Shown here one piece after another: positions 10,266-20,948 of a stretch of DNA of 64,000 nucleotides. Each line of letters begins with the position of its first letter. Within the stretch, counting starts at the first letter, position 1. This DNA is from an uncultured cyanobacterium. GTDB lineage: Bacteria > Cyanobacteriota > Cyanobacteriia > PCC-9006 > JAAUQQ01. A model generated the notes under the pieces. That model was not told where the DNA came from, did not search any database, and saw only the letters and a program-made list of their open reading frames with translations. Position numbers and translations under genes: made by a program. The stretch covers positions 704,001 through 768,000 of the forward strand of contig OY970368.1 of NCBI GenBank assembly GCA_963718615.1, written 5' to 3'.

Positions 10266-10679
10266 CTAATCAATCTCGGCCTGCTGTTGAATATATTGCC
10301 TGAGAACAGATATGGGGGCTCCGCCACAAGAAATAATGCAGTAGGAACGACTCCAAAAAATCGGCTTATCTTGGTAGATCTGATTAAGGTGTTCACCAAA
10401 CTCTTTCCTGAGTAACCGACTAGAGACAGTTTTTAAGTTGTTCACCAACTTTGACGGCTGAACCTTGGGATTGATCGAGATAAGAAGATGAACATGGTCA
10501 GCCTCCCCATTAAACTCAAGCAGGTCGCCATCCCACTTAACGAGCGTCTGTGCGAATATCTCTCGCATCCTTTCCAGCATGGGTTTCGTGATGCACTTTC
10601 GTCGGTACTTAGTGCAAGCGACTAAGTGGAATTGAAGATTATAGGAGCAGTGGTGGAGGGTGTTTAACTGTTGCGACAT
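10266..10679 (-). CDS. tnpA: IS200/IS605 Y1 HUH transposase
   Basis: HLVACTKYRR, HUH motif DHVHLL, FWSRSY, catalytic Tyr in YIQQQ. Confidence 0.95.
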   Translation of the reverse strand: MSQQLNTLHHCSYNLQFHLVACTKYRRKCITKPMLERMREIFAQTLVKWDGDLLEFNGEADHVHLLISINPKVQPSKLVNNLKTVSSRLLRKEFGEHLNQIYQDKPIFWSRSYCIISCGGAPISVLRQYIQQQAEID

Positions 10680-10706
10680 TGTGGGCGACTAAGCTAGAAT
10701 AAGACC

Positions 10707-11894
10707 ATGCTAACACTGACCTATGAGTACAAGCTGAAGCCAACCGCTCAGCAGATTGAGGAGCTAGAAAATAGCTTGGATGTTTGCCGAAAAGTCTGGA
10801 ATTATGCCCTCAAAGAGCGCAAGGACTGGATTGCTTCAAGAAAGTGTCCTATCAATGCTTGCTCAATTCGGGGTGAGTACATCATGGCGGCGGATGCTCC
10901 CTATCCCGGTTTTGCTCACCAGTGCAAATCCCTGACCCAAGCCAAGAAGACTAATCCTGAGCTCAAGTCTGTCAATGCTCAATCCCTTCAGCAAGTGCTG
11001 AAGACTTTAGAAAAGGCATTCAAGGATAGGGCAGAGCGGGGGTTTGGGTTTCCTCGGTTTAAGAAGTCGGGGCAAATGAAGTCGTTTCTGTTTCCTCAAT
11101 TGGGCAAGACTCCACTGGGAGACGGGTGGGTAAATCTTCCCAGTATCGGGGAAATTGCTATCCGGCAGTCTCGGCCCTATCCCGAAGGCTTCCAGGTGAA
11201 GCAGGCCAGGATAGTGAAGCGGGCGTCAGGGTTTTATGTGATGCTCTGTTTTCAAGCGGAGTTGTCCATTCCCGATGTGCCATTGGTAGGTCAGTGTGTG
11301 GGTGTCGATGTGGGGTTGGAATATTTCCTGTCAGCCTCGGATGGGCTGCAAGTTCATCGTCCTCGGTTTTTCGTTGACCTGCAAAGCGAGCTGAAATTGC
11401 TGCAACGCAGACTCAAGAAAAAGGTGCTGGGGTCGAAGAACTGGAAAAAGCTTCAACTCAAGAGCGCAAAGCTGCATGAACGAATCAGCAACACTCGCAA
11501 GGATTTTCACTTCAAGATTGCTCATCTGCTCTGTGACCGGAGCGATGTGATTGTGGTGGAGAATCTGAATCTAGTGGGCTTGTCCCGTGGCATGTTGGGT
11601 AAACACATGCTCGATGCTGGCTTGGGACAGTTCCTGAATCAGATTTTGCCCTGGGTGTGTTTTAAGCGAGGGAAGGGGTATCTAAAAGTGGATGCCCGTG
11701 GAACCTCTCAGCAATGCCCTGATTGTGGTCATGCTGTCAAAAAGACGCTTTCAGACCGTTGGCATAATTGTCCCCATTGCGGGTCATCGATGCCTCGGGA
11801 CATTGCGAGTGCAATTGTAATCAAACAAAGAGCCGTGGGGCGCACGGTTCAAGAAAAGGCTTGTGGAGACGGTCTAGCGGGGGTGGCGGCATGA
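10707..11894 (+). CDS. tnpB: RNA-guided endonuclease TnpB
   Basis: YEYKLKP HTH start, GFPRFKK, RuvC I VGVDVG, RuvC II IVVENL, Zn finger CPDC/CPHC, RuvC III RDIASA. Confidence 0.95.
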   Translation: MLTLTYEYKLKPTAQQIEELENSLDVCRKVWNYALKERKDWIASRKCPINACSIRGEYIMAADAPYPGFAHQCKSLTQAKKTNPELKSVNAQSLQQVLKTLEKAFKDRAERGFGFPRFKKSGQMKSFLFPQLGKTPLGDGWVNLPSIGEIAIRQSRPYPEGFQVKQARIVKRASGFYVMLCFQAELSIPDVPLVGQCVGVDVGLEYFLSASDGLQVHRPRFFVDLQSELKLLQRRLKKKVLGSKNWKKLQLKSAKLHERISNTRKDFHFKIAHLLCDRSDVIVVENLNLVGLSRGMLGKHMLDAGLGQFLNQILPWVCFKRGKGYLKVDARGTSQQCPDCGHAVKKTLSDRWHNCPHCGSSMPRDIASAIVIKQRAVGRTVQEKACGDGLAGVAA

Positions 11895-11974
11895 ATGTGC
11901 TGTTATCTAGCCAAGAGTCTGTGAAACAGGAATCTCCATCCATATCGCCTAGCGATTGGGTGGATGAGCGTCAA

Positions 11975-12436
11975 GATTTGCCAATCTTTGGGGCCGATCT
12001 CGTGGGCCAAACCCATTCTATTAGTGCTGCGATCGCCGATCTTTCACCGGTCCAGAGCGATCGCCAGCTTCCCGCAGCCTATCAAACCGCCCTCAAATCA
12101 CTGCCCGAGATACAGTTTTCTGAACCTCGTGCCTTGCCAGACTGGGGAGATATTTTTTCTGATTTCTGTTTATTTGTGCGGCCTCAAACCCCGGAGGAAG
12201 AAGCGTTGTTCTTTGAGCGAGTCCGGAGCTTTTTAAGCTTACATTGCCAAATCGCAACCGCCTCAAAACCGCTGCAATCGCAATCGGCGATCGCCCCTAT
12301 CCAAGCCGGACACCAACATTACTGCGATCGCCAGCGCCAAAACGACAAAACCCGCCGCGTCCTCGTAATGTCCTTTGGAGAAGCCTGGGCCGATCGCTAT
12401 ATGAAAACCATGCTGTTTGACGATCCAGCCTCTTGA
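11975..12436 (+). pseudogene. pcyA: pcyA 3' part (after IS)
   Basis: DLPIFGADLVG...ISAAIADLSP...RALPDWGDIFSDFCLFVRP...QRQNDKTRRVL...FGEAWADRYM; no stop codon or frameshift. Confidence 0.9.
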
Positions 12437-13015
12437 GAGAGATTTATAGATTTTTAAGTCCGTTTTCAAGACCTTAATATTCTCCAATCTTGACGCTAAC
12501 CCAAGGATAAGAAGAATTAAGGAACAAAGAATAGGGAAATCAAGGGCGAACCATACCAAATTTTCTTTGAACTTGCCTTTTCTTATTGTTTTTTCACATT
12601 TTCCGAAACAATTGTTTACTGCTTTTACAGAACTTTATCTTCTATAATTGCACAAGAATTGCACAATCAGGTTGCTTTAATCGAAATCAGGTTCAAATGG
12701 CACTTAGTTCTTGACTGTCTCCAGACAAGAATTAACCGCTAGGCTCCGCTGGCGGAGTTTCGATTCTGCCAGTGTCGTCTTAGCGGGGCTACCGCGAACA
12801 CCTGGGTCCGACAAAGGGATTTGTTGTCCAGATTTCAGCATAACCATTGCCGAGCGACCTTGAATTAAAGCAAGATTTCATCTTTCCAATCGAGTCCAAA
12901 GGCTTGATCGCTGATTGCTCGGTTGGAGGGTGTTTTCATCAAGAGCGTTCGCGGATTGAGCGGATTAAATCAATATCCACCCTTTTTAATAAGGTTTATT
13001 AGGAGAACAACAAGA

Positions 13016-13534
13016 ATGCTAGACGCTTTCACCAAGGTAGTTGCCCAAGCTGATGCTCGCGGCGAATTCATCAGCGGTAGCCAAATCGATGCTCTTAACG
13101 CCATGGTTGCCGATGGCAGCAAGCGTATGGACGCTGTCAACCGGATGACCGGAAATGCCTCCACGATCGTTGCAAACGCAGCTCGTGCACTGTTTGCTGA
13201 GCAGCCCGCTCTGATCGCTCCCGGTGGTAATGCTTACACCAACCGCCGCATGGCTGCTTGTCTGCGGGACATGGAAATCATCCTGCGCTACGTCACCTAC
13301 GCAACCTTTGCAGGTGATTCTTCCGTACTAGAAGATCGCTGCCTCAATGGCCTGCGTGAAACCTACCTCGCTCTGGGCGTTCCCGGCGCGTCTGTTTCAG
13401 AAGGCGTGAACAAAATGAAGGCTGCCGCTCTCGACATCGTCAACGACCGTAACGGTATCACCCCTGGCGATTGCAGCGCTTTGGTTTCCGAAATCGGTGG
13501 CTATTTCGATCGCGCTGCTGCTGCGGTCGGCTAA
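13016..13534 (+). CDS. cpcB: C-phycocyanin beta subunit
   Basis: [18 protein letters not shown]...[16 protein letters not shown]...GDCSAL; AGGAG RBS; 172 aa. Confidence 0.98.
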   Translation: MLDAFTKVVAQADARGEFISGSQIDALNAMVADGSKRMDAVNRMTGNASTIVANAARALFAEQPALIAPGGNAYTNRRMAACLRDMEIILRYVTYATFAGDSSVLEDRCLNGLRETYLALGVPGASVSEGVNKMKAAALDIVNDRNGITPGDCSALVSEIGGYFDRAAAAVG

Positions 13535-13601
13535 ACGTCACATCGATTTAGATGCTGACTTTAACTTTCGAATTTTTGTAAAACATCGAGACATACCATC
13601 A

Positions 13602-14090
13602 ATGAAAACCCCTCTTACTGAAGCCGTCGCTGCTGCTGATTCCCAAGGCCGTTTCCTGAGCAGCACCGAAATGCAAGCTGCCTTTGGCCGTTTTCGCCAA
13701 GCCACTTCTGGTCTGCAAGCCGCTAAAGCACTGAGCGACAAGGCTGACTCCTTGGTCAACGGCGCAGCTCAAGCCGTTTATGGCAAGTTCCCCTACACCA
13801 CCCAAATGCAGGGCAACAACTTCGCAGCGTCTTCGGAAGGCAAAGCGAAGTGCGCTCGTGACATCGGTTACTACCTCCGCATGGTCACCTACTGCCTCGT
13901 TGCAGGCGGCACTGGCCCCATGGATGAGTACCTGCTTGCCGGTCTCGACGAGATCAACAAGACCTTTGATCTCTCCCCCAGCTGGTATGTTGAAGCGCTG
14001 AAGTACATCAAAGCAAACCATGGTTTGTCTGGTGACCCCGCTGTTGAAGCGAACTCCTACCTCGACTACGCCATCAACGCACTGAGCTAA
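13602..14090 (+). CDS. cpcA: C-phycocyanin alpha subunit
   Basis: [20 protein letters not shown]...[11 protein letters not shown]...YAINALS; 162 aa. Confidence 0.98.
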   Translation: MKTPLTEAVAAADSQGRFLSSTEMQAAFGRFRQATSGLQAAKALSDKADSLVNGAAQAVYGKFPYTTQMQGNNFAASSEGKAKCARDIGYYLRMVTYCLVAGGTGPMDEYLLAGLDEINKTFDLSPSWYVEALKYIKANHGLSGDPAVEANSYLDYAINALS

Positions 14091-14135
14091 TCTCTCATTG
14101 CCTGTTCTTGAGATTTTCTTGAATTAGTGAGAGTT

Positions 14136-14197
14136 GAGTTCGGGACAGTTTGAGATGGCTTTGATCGGCGATCTCTTGCTGTTCCGACTCGTTTTTT
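14136..14197 (+). terminator. Stem-loop after cpcA (partial terminator or mRNA stabiliser)
   Basis: GAGTTCGGGACAG...CTGTTCCGACTC followed by GTTTTTT. Confidence 0.5.
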
Positions 14198-14248
14198 AGA
14201 GCGTTTTTTGTGTTGCGGTTAATTGTGTTGCAATTAAGGAGTTAAACC

Positions 14249-15067
14249 ATGTCTAGTTTGACGGCTGCCCGCCAGCTTGGGTTTGAGCCCTATGCCAACA
14301 CCTCTCCGGTCGAGTTGCGGGAAAAACAGACCGAAGAAGATGTGCAGGCAGTCATCCAAGCTTCCTACCGGCAGATCTTCGGTAATGCACATTTGATGGA
14401 AATGGAGCGGCTTAGCAGTGCTGAGTCGCTTCTTCGTCAAGGGAACATTCGCGTTCGAGACTTTGTGCGACAGCTTGCCCTGTCGGAGCTCTATCGCAAC
14501 AAGTTCTTTTACTCAACCCCCCAGGTTCGGTTCATTGAGCTGAACTTTAAGCATTTGCTGGGTCGCGCTCCCTATGATGAGTCTGAGATCGCTTACCATG
14601 TTGATCTCTACGTCAATGAAGGCTATGAAGCAGAGATCGATTCTTATATTGATTCTGCCGAATACGAGGATAGCTTTGGAGATTCGGTCGTCCCCTATTA
14701 TCGGGGTTTTGAAAGCCAGAACGGTCAAAAAACTGTAGGTTTCAACCGAATGTTTCAGCTGTATCGCGGTTATGCCAATAGCGATCGCTCCCAGGGTAAA
14801 AACAAATCTGCTTGGCTTACGCAATCCTTGGCTATGAATCTGGCCAATGCGATTCAAACGCCGGAGTTTGGTAAGGCGCTGGCGGGTACAACCAAGGGCG
14901 ATCGCAGTAAGTTCTTCCGGGTTCAGGTCAACCAAGGGAGCAGCAAAGGTGCAGCCCAGCGTCGTCGCAGCATGGGCGAATATGTGGTGACCTATGAGCA
15001 GCTCTCGCCAACGCTTCAGCGTTTAAATCAGCGCGGCGCGCGCATCGTCAGCATTTCACCCGCTTAG
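14249..15067 (+). CDS. cpcC: Phycocyanin rod linker polypeptide
   Basis: PBS linker domain ([15 protein letters not shown]) plus C-terminal CpcD-like domain. Confidence 0.93.
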   Translation: MSSLTAARQLGFEPYANTSPVELREKQTEEDVQAVIQASYRQIFGNAHLMEMERLSSAESLLRQGNIRVRDFVRQLALSELYRNKFFYSTPQVRFIELNFKHLLGRAPYDESEIAYHVDLYVNEGYEAEIDSYIDSAEYEDSFGDSVVPYYRGFESQNGQKTVGFNRMFQLYRGYANSDRSQGKNKSAWLTQSLAMNLANAIQTPEFGKALAGTTKGDRSKFFRVQVNQGSSKGAAQRRRSMGEYVVTYEQLSPTLQRLNQRGARIVSISPA

Positions 15068-15159
15068 CTTAGGCCAAATGAGCTCAATTTGGCGCGCTCA
15101 CGAAGGGATAAACCATTCCCTTCCCCTCATCTTTCCATTTTGTCCAAGGAGAAGAATCT

Positions 15160-16029
15160 GTGGCCATCACAACCGGAGCATCCCGTTTAGGAACTAGTGC
15201 ATTTAGCAATGCTAGCCCAACGGAATTGCGCCCTAACTTTACCCAAGCTGAAGCTCAAAGTGTGATTAATGCCGTTTATCGGCATGTGCTCGGCAATGAC
15301 TATGTCATGAGCAGTGAGCGTCTTGTTGCACTGGAATCGTTGCTCTGTAACGGACAACTCACCGTGCGAGAATTTGTACGGGCCGTGGCGAAGTCTGATC
15401 TGTACAAAACGAAGTTTCTCTATCCTCATTTTCAAACGCGGGTGATTGAGCTCAACTTCAAACATTTGTTGGGTCGCGCTCCCTACGATGAATCTGAGGT
15501 CATTGAGCACCTCGATCGCTATCAAACTGAAGGGTTTGAAGCCGATATCGATTCCTACATTAATTCCGCTGAATATGAGGAAAACTTTGGCGATGCCATT
15601 GTGCCTTATTATCGCGGTTTTACCACTCAAACCTCGCAGAAAATGGCTGGGTTTACGCGCATGTTCCGTCTCTATCGGGGCTACGCCAATAGCGATCGCG
15701 CCCAGATCGGCGGTGCATCTTCGCGTCTCGCCACCGAATTGGCTCAAAATAGCGTTTCCCCCATCGTTGCGCCCTCGGGCGGCAGTTCTGGCTTCGCTTA
15801 CAAGCCTTCGGAACGCAATACGGCACCCAAGCGAGCCTTTGGCCAATCTTCGTTTAATGCGTCGAAGAATCTTTATCGGATTGAGGTGGCAGGTCTTGCC
15901 CTGTCTCGCTATCCGAAAGTGCGTCGTAGCAATCGGGAATTTATCGTTCCCTACGAACAGCTATCCAGCACATTGCAAAAGATTCAGCGGTTAGGTGGCA
16001 AAGTCGCCAGTGTTACACTTGCTCAATAG
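15160..16029 (+). CDS. cpcC: Phycocyanin rod linker polypeptide (second paralog)
   Basis: [11 protein letters not shown]...[21 protein letters not shown]...[22 protein letters not shown]. Confidence 0.93.
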   Translation: MAITTGASRLGTSAFSNASPTELRPNFTQAEAQSVINAVYRHVLGNDYVMSSERLVALESLLCNGQLTVREFVRAVAKSDLYKTKFLYPHFQTRVIELNFKHLLGRAPYDESEVIEHLDRYQTEGFEADIDSYINSAEYEENFGDAIVPYYRGFTTQTSQKMAGFTRMFRLYRGYANSDRAQIGGASSRLATELAQNSVSPIVAPSGGSSGFAYKPSERNTAPKRAFGQSSFNASKNLYRIEVAGLALSRYPKVRRSNREFIVPYEQLSSTLQKIQRLGGKVASVTLAQ

Positions 16030-16051
16030 ATTATTATTCGGGAGGATTGCT

Positions 16052-16300
16052 ATGTTAGGACAATCGACATTGACAAATGCAGCCAGTTCCTCAGCAAACA
16101 ATCGCTTGTTTGTTTATGAGGTCGAAGGGTTGCGGCAAAATGATCAAACGGAGCAATCCGCTCATGCGATTCGCCAAAGCGGAACGGTTTCCATTGCGGT
16201 TCCCTATAGTCGAATGAATGAAGAAATGCGTCGGATTAGTCGTCTTGGTGGCAAGATTGTAGCGATCCGGTCGGCGGATGCGGCTGCGACTGAATCCTAG
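16052..16300 (+). CDS. cpcD: Rod-capping linker
   Basis: MLGQS...RLFVYEVEGL...VPYSRMNEEMRRISRLGGKIV; GGAGG RBS. Confidence 0.95.
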   Translation: MLGQSTLTNAASSSANNRLFVYEVEGLRQNDQTEQSAHAIRQSGTVSIAVPYSRMNEEMRRISRLGGKIVAIRSADAAATES

Positions 16301-16334
16301 AAGTTTGCTGGCAAGAAGTTATCTAGAAGTTGAG

Positions 16335-16363
16335 AGAAAGGTGCGATCGCACCTTTCTTTTTT
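16335..16363 (+). terminator. cpc operon terminator (24-bp perfect palindrome centred on HIP1)
   Basis: AGAAAGGTGCGATCGCACCTTTCT followed by a T-run. Confidence 0.75.
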
Positions 16364-16453
16364 ATATTTTCCTTTTTTATACTTTTCGTTTTAGATTCTT
16401 TTCTATGTGAAATATGATGGTGCTGACCCTATTAGCATTAATAGCCTCAAGCT

Positions 16454-16906
16454 TTAGCCCAAACCAAACTCCTGCATCGCCGGTAAAAAGTTATGATTTT
16501 CATGACTCGGACGACTCAGTTTGATCAGGGCAAAGCGCTGTAGCGGCGTTAACTGAATCCAATCAGAGAGCGATAGGGTCAAGTCAAATTCCTGTGCCTT
16601 CTGCAAAACAGCTGGGGGCACTTGGGCGGTATCTAGCCAAGCAGGATGGGCATCAATCACTAAGGTTTTAGCGGGTGACCCCGTTTGTTCTGTGATTAGG
16701 GTTTGTAGATAATCTCGATAGGCAGCAGAGGTTTCCGCCGTTTCACAAGGCTGGTCAATGAGCATTTGTTTTTGAGCCGTGGTAAACCCATTCCAATGGG
16801 AAAGTTTGAGTTTCACACCACAGGTATCAAGATTCAGTCGAACCTGCATGGGAATGCAGCGAAGCGACTCGATAAACTCAGTTTCAAACTTAAAAAATTG
16901 CGCCAT
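16454..16906 (-). CDS. narM: Nitrate reductase-associated protein
   Basis: [32 protein letters not shown]...[19 protein letters not shown]; overlaps the narB end. Confidence 0.9.
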   Translation of the reverse strand: MAQFFKFETEFIESLRCIPMQVRLNLDTCGVKLKLSHWNGFTTAQKQMLIDQPCETAETSAAYRDYLQTLITEQTGSPAKTLVIDAHPAWLDTAQVPPAVLQKAQEFDLTLSLSDWIQLTPLQRFALIKLSRPSHENHNFLPAMQEFGLG

Positions 16907-19136
16907 ACTTTTGCTCGATTGTAAGCGATCGCACCAAACCGAACAACAGGCCCGTCTCCACCCCCAGCCCTTTCGAGTCCTCCACCTCAATCGGCAATAG
17001 CTGTACCGCACAAGCCTTCAACTCCGGCTGCAACGAGATCGGGCACACTTCGCCATGGGTTAAGGCATTGGCTTCCGCATCGTTTGCCCATAAAAAACCC
17101 CAATGCATCGGCACAAACACCATACCAGGGCAAATCGCTCTGGTCACCAACAAGGGAAGTCGGGCGGTGCCCCGTTTCGAGCGAACCTCGATCACCTGAT
17201 TCGCCCTAAATCCTAACCGCTCCGCATCCCGAGGATGGATTTCAAGCTGGGCTTGGGGATGCAGCTTGCGAATCTTTTCAATATGCCCTGTTCGGGTCTG
17301 GGTATGCCAATGACCATACAACCGTCCCGTTGTCAGAACAAAGGGATACTCTGAATCCGGCGGTTCGGCCAAGCCCTTAGCATGGAACGCAACAAATCTA
17401 GCGCGTCCACTGGGCGTGTAAAAGCGATGGTCCGTATAGAGACGCTTATTCAACTTTTCTGCTGCCGTTGCCTCCGTTTCTATCTGGGGCAACGGCCATT
17501 GCAGTGGCCCCGTAGCTAACCGCTCATGACTCATGCCGCTCATGTCACAGGGACGACCCGCCGTGAGCGCGACAAATTCAGCATGAACCTCTGCCGCCGT
17601 GGTTGCTTCAAACTGGGCCGCAAAACCCAACCGTCGTCCCACCTCCGCAAAAATTTGCCAATCCGCTTTGGCCTGACCTCGCGGTCGCTTAAAGGCCTTG
17701 CACAGCGTCACGACCCGTTCAGAATTAGTCATCACCCCCGTCTTTTCGCCCCACTGGGCCGCAGGCAAAAGCACATGGGCAAACTCGGTGGTTTCGGTGG
17801 GGAAATAGGCATCCTGACAAATAGTAAAGGGCGAATTGCGCAGCGCTTTCTTCGTTCGCTCTAAGTCCGGCATACTCACCGCCGGATTCGTTGCCGCCAC
17901 CCAAAACACCTCCACCTCGCCTCGCTCTAAGGCCAAAATCATCTCCCAAGCAGCCAATCCCGGCTGGGGTGAAATTGAGTTTGCTGGCAATTGCCAAGCT
18001 TGTTCTAGGACCCGGCGGTCCTCGGCGTTTTGAACCAAGCGATACCCTGGCAAAATATGGGACAGTCCCCCGGCTTCGCGACCGCCCATGGCATTGGGTT
18101 GCCCTGTCAACGAAAACGGTCCAGCCCCTGGACGACCCATATTGCCGGTCAGCAAATGGAGGTTGATAATGCTGCAAACCTTGGCGGTCCCTTCGCTAGA
18201 CTGATTAACCCCCATAGACCAGAGCGATAAAACCCGTTTTGATTTAGCCCAGAGTCGGGCGGCGGCGGCGAGATGCTGGATTGAGATCCCACAGACTTCT
18301 GCAACGACGTCCGGTGGATAATGCTGAACCGTTTCAGCATAGGATTTGAAGTCTTCAGTACAACTCTCAATGTAGCCGTAGTCAATTTTGCCCCACTTTA
18401 ACAGCAAATGCGCAATGCCATTAAGGAGCGTGATATCGGTTCCCGGCTGAATGGCTAAATGTAGCGTCGCTGCTTCAGCGGTTTTTGTACGACGCGGGTC
18501 TACGACAATTAAAGTCGCCGTTCGACGATTTTTCTTCAGATGTTTGTGCAAGCGATTAAAAATAATCGGGTGACAGTCTGCGGTGTTGGTGCCGATGAGA
18601 AAAGCACAGTCGGTTTCTTCTAAATCGTCATAGCAACAGGGGGGGCCATCCGCGCCAAAGTTTTGGATATATCCGGCCACGGCTGAAGACATGCAGAGCC
18701 GAGAATTAGCATCAAAATTATTCGTACCCAGACAGCCCTTGATCAGTTTTTGCGCTGTGTAATAATCCTCAGTTTGGAATTGGCCTGAGCCATACATACA
18801 AATTGAATCGGGGCCTTTTGTGGCGATCGCCCGCCGAATTTTCGACACAACCAAACCATAAGCCTCTTCCCATTCCACTTGCCGAAAGGGTTGATCCAAC
18901 GATTCCCTCACCATTGGGTAGAGCAAACGGCTTTTGTCCAATGCTTCTCCCACCGTTGCCCCTTTAACACAGACGAGGCCCTTGCTAGAAGGATGGGTGC
19001 GATCGCCCCGCGCTTGCCAAAGGGGGGTTCCTTCCGAGTCTCGGTTGATCGCTTTTCCCGGCTGAGCTGGGGGCACCACTTCAAGACCACAGCCTACGCC
19101 ACAGTAAGGACATTGGGTTTTCGTAAACTCAGCCAT
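16890..19136 (-). CDS. narB: Ferredoxin-nitrate reductase
   Basis: [11 protein letters not shown] Fe-S motif, [23 protein letters not shown], molybdopterin-binding C-terminus. Confidence 0.96.
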   Translation of the reverse strand: MAEFTKTQCPYCGVGCGLEVVPPAQPGKAINRDSEGTPLWQARGDRTHPSSKGLVCVKGATVGEALDKSRLLYPMVRESLDQPFRQVEWEEAYGLVVSKIRRAIATKGPDSICMYGSGQFQTEDYYTAQKLIKGCLGTNNFDANSRLCMSSAVAGYIQNFGADGPPCCYDDLEETDCAFLIGTNTADCHPIIFNRLHKHLKKNRRTATLIVVDPRRTKTAEAATLHLAIQPGTDITLLNGIAHLLLKWGKIDYGYIESCTEDFKSYAETVQHYPPDVVAEVCGISIQHLAAAARLWAKSKRVLSLWSMGVNQSSEGTAKVCSIINLHLLTGNMGRPGAGPFSLTGQPNAMGGREAGGLSHILPGYRLVQNAEDRRVLEQAWQLPANSISPQPGLAAWEMILALERGEVEVFWVAATNPAVSMPDLERTKKALRNSPFTICQDAYFPTETTEFAHVLLPAAQWGEKTGVMTNSERVVTLCKAFKRPRGQAKADWQIFAEVGRRLGFAAQFEATTAAEVHAEFVALTAGRPCDMSGMSHERLATGPLQWPLPQIETEATAAEKLNKRLYTDHRFYTPSGRARFVAFHAKGLAEPPDSEYPFVLTTGRLYGHWHTQTRTGHIEKIRKLHPQAQLEIHPRDAERLGFRANQVIEVRSKRGTARLPLLVTRAICPGMVFVPMHWGFLWANDAEANALTHGEVCPISLQPELKACAVQLLPIEVEDSKGLGVETGLLFGLVRSLTIEQKYGAIF

Positions 19137-19176
19137 TGACCCGACTCCATGTTACCCATGGGCGAAATGCTTCACG

Positions 19177-19218
19177 AGCGTAGAAGGTTCAGAACAGGGA
19201 CTTTGTTACAACAGCTAC
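19177..19218 (-). promoter_or_regulatory. NtcA-type promoter of narB
   Basis: Minus strand GTA-GCTGTTGT-AAC, 22 nt, then TACGCT (TAN3T); AT-N11-AT (possible NtcB box) at 19247-19261. Confidence 0.65.
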
Positions 19219-19285
19219 TCAAAAATCATCAATTTGCTTTCTATTCATAAATAATATGCATTTTTTGAATTACCTGAAACGGCAA

Positions 19286-20596
19286 CTAAGTCCACTCTTT
19301 TAAAGCAAATGCTACTCCTGCAAACCATTGCTCCGATGCTTGTTCACCCGGCTCTTGCGATGCTTGAAGCGCTTGAAGACGCTCTTTTCCGCTGTAGATA
19401 TCTAGACGCTTGAGAGCAGTTAGGACATGCCATCGTACCCCTACATGGGGAATAGCAAGATATGTGACCAAAGGATCAAAGGCGATCGCCTGGGAAAGTT
19501 GACCGAGACTGTGGGCGATCGCCTGCTGAAGCTGTATGGTCCCCTGCTGCTGAACGGGGATTAAAACCGCCAGCAAAATCTCTGTCGCTTGTACCTTTAG
19601 GGACGGAGAGGGAGGGGCAGCATCTTCCACTCGACCCAAAACTTGAATGATTTCTAAGGCAAGTCGTGCTGCTCCAGGATCGGTTTTGAGGTGACCCACC
19701 CGTCTCACAAGCTGCCGTTGCAAGATTTGCAATCCTAGGCCTGAATGGCTCCAGCCCAAGGCACGGATAACCTGGACGAACAGCCGTTCTGGGACAGGGA
19801 AAGCCCCGTGAGGCGGACGAGCAGCGGGGTCCGCTCTGCACAAAAGTTGCTCTAGAGGCATCAGGGCTGCAGCGGTACCCAGACGACCCAGAACCATGGC
19901 CGCTTGTTCCGCAATCTCCAGATTGCCGTCGCCCAAATGCTCCTCCAAAACAGGGATTAACTCTAGGCTTTGAGTCTGAGGATCCAGTGCGGCTAAGCGT
20001 GAACCCAGTCCTCGCAATGCGGCTAGCCTGACAGGCGATTCGTCATCCTGGAGCGACTGGATCAAGATCGAATCAATGGGGCGATCGCGAAATCCGCTCA
20101 AGGCTTCTACCGCCGCTGCCCGCACTGAGGGATTGGGGTCTTGGGCCACCTCCAGCAACAGCGCCATTGCCTCCGGTAAATACAATTGCGCGAGGGCCTG
20201 TACCGCTAATAGTCGCGTTTCTGATGCGTTAAGCAAGGCTTGCAAGGGGGGAATCGCTAGGCGATCGCTTTCAATCAACGCCATTGCCGCCACAGAAGCC
20301 AACTCGGGTTGCTCCGCTTGAGACACTAAATCGGCGAGGATGGCGATCGCTCTAGGGTGTTTGAGTTCTCCAAGTATCCGCGCAATAAACCAACATAATT
20401 CTGCATCCTCTGCCTCTGTCTCCAGCAACATCACCAGCTTCGGTAAAATTTCAACCCCATACCCGATGAGTTGCTTGGCAACGTCCCATCGCACCTGGAA
20501 ATCCCCTTGCAATAATTTCTCAATGAGCCTTGCGACCTGGGGCTCATCCCGAATCGGTGGCTGAAAAGATAAGGAAACAGAAGATAGATCAGTCAT
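19286..20596 (-). CDS. HEAT-repeat protein, NirB-like
   Basis: GDFQVRWDVAK, WFIARILG, multiple PBS-lyase HEAT repeats; divergent from nirA. Confidence 0.75.
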   Translation of the reverse strand: MTDLSSVSLSFQPPIRDEPQVARLIEKLLQGDFQVRWDVAKQLIGYGVEILPKLVMLLETEAEDAELCWFIARILGELKHPRAIAILADLVSQAEQPELASVAAMALIESDRLAIPPLQALLNASETRLLAVQALAQLYLPEAMALLLEVAQDPNPSVRAAAVEALSGFRDRPIDSILIQSLQDDESPVRLAALRGLGSRLAALDPQTQSLELIPVLEEHLGDGNLEIAEQAAMVLGRLGTAAALMPLEQLLCRADPAARPPHGAFPVPERLFVQVIRALGWSHSGLGLQILQRQLVRRVGHLKTDPGAARLALEIIQVLGRVEDAAPPSPSLKVQATEILLAVLIPVQQQGTIQLQQAIAHSLGQLSQAIAFDPLVTYLAIPHVGVRWHVLTALKRLDIYSGKERLQALQASQEPGEQASEQWFAGVAFALKEWT

Positions 20597-20768
20597 GAAA
20601 ACACCTTAATCAGGGTCTCGAATACCCGGTCAAACTACCCAATACTGTTATTAACGGGCCATCCCCAGAGCATTGTTGCAGCCCAGACTGGTTATAAAAG
20701 TCTCAAAAGCAGATCAAGACAAAAAACGCATTGCCATCATGCACATTACTCAATCCAGACAGATTTCT

Positions 20769-20810
20769 GTAGCATCAGCTACCAAGAATTTCGAGGGAGT
20801 TTTCTACATT
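20769..20810 (+). promoter_or_regulatory. NtcA-activated promoter of nirA
   Basis: GTA-GCATCAGC-TAC, 22 nt, then TACATT: canonical GTAN8TAC-N22-TAN3T. Confidence 0.85.
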
Positions 20811-20948
20811 TTCTCTAGCTCTAAAAAACTAATTCAAGTGAAGTAAGGACAAAAAGAACCTTTGCGCCACGACAAAATGGTCTTTGTGCAACGTTCTTCA
20901 AGAGCTTTGCCTCTTGCCTCGCGCTCAAGCTGTTTCAAGGGTAAACCT

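Larger units (their letters stand above)
10190..11974 (+). mobile_element. IS200/IS605-family element (divergent tnpA and tnpB), 1785 bp, inserted 3' of CTAC, no target duplication
   Basis: Removing it restores FPRITY|DLPIFGAD in pcyA; right end TCAA; subterminal hairpins at both ends with guide tetramers AGTG (left) and GAAT (right). Confidence 0.92.

Noticed and set aside
10190-11974. IStron (group I intron fused to IS605) explaining tolerance of the pcyA insertion
   Set aside because: Only about 76 nt lie between the left end and the tnpA stop, too little for a group I core, and the element ends in A rather than the omega-G.
12923-16051. Extended N-termini for cpcB, cpcA and cpcD given by the ORF track
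   Set aside because: The canonical N-terminal sequences begin at ATG 13016, 13602 and 16052; cpcB and cpcD also have clear RBSs there.
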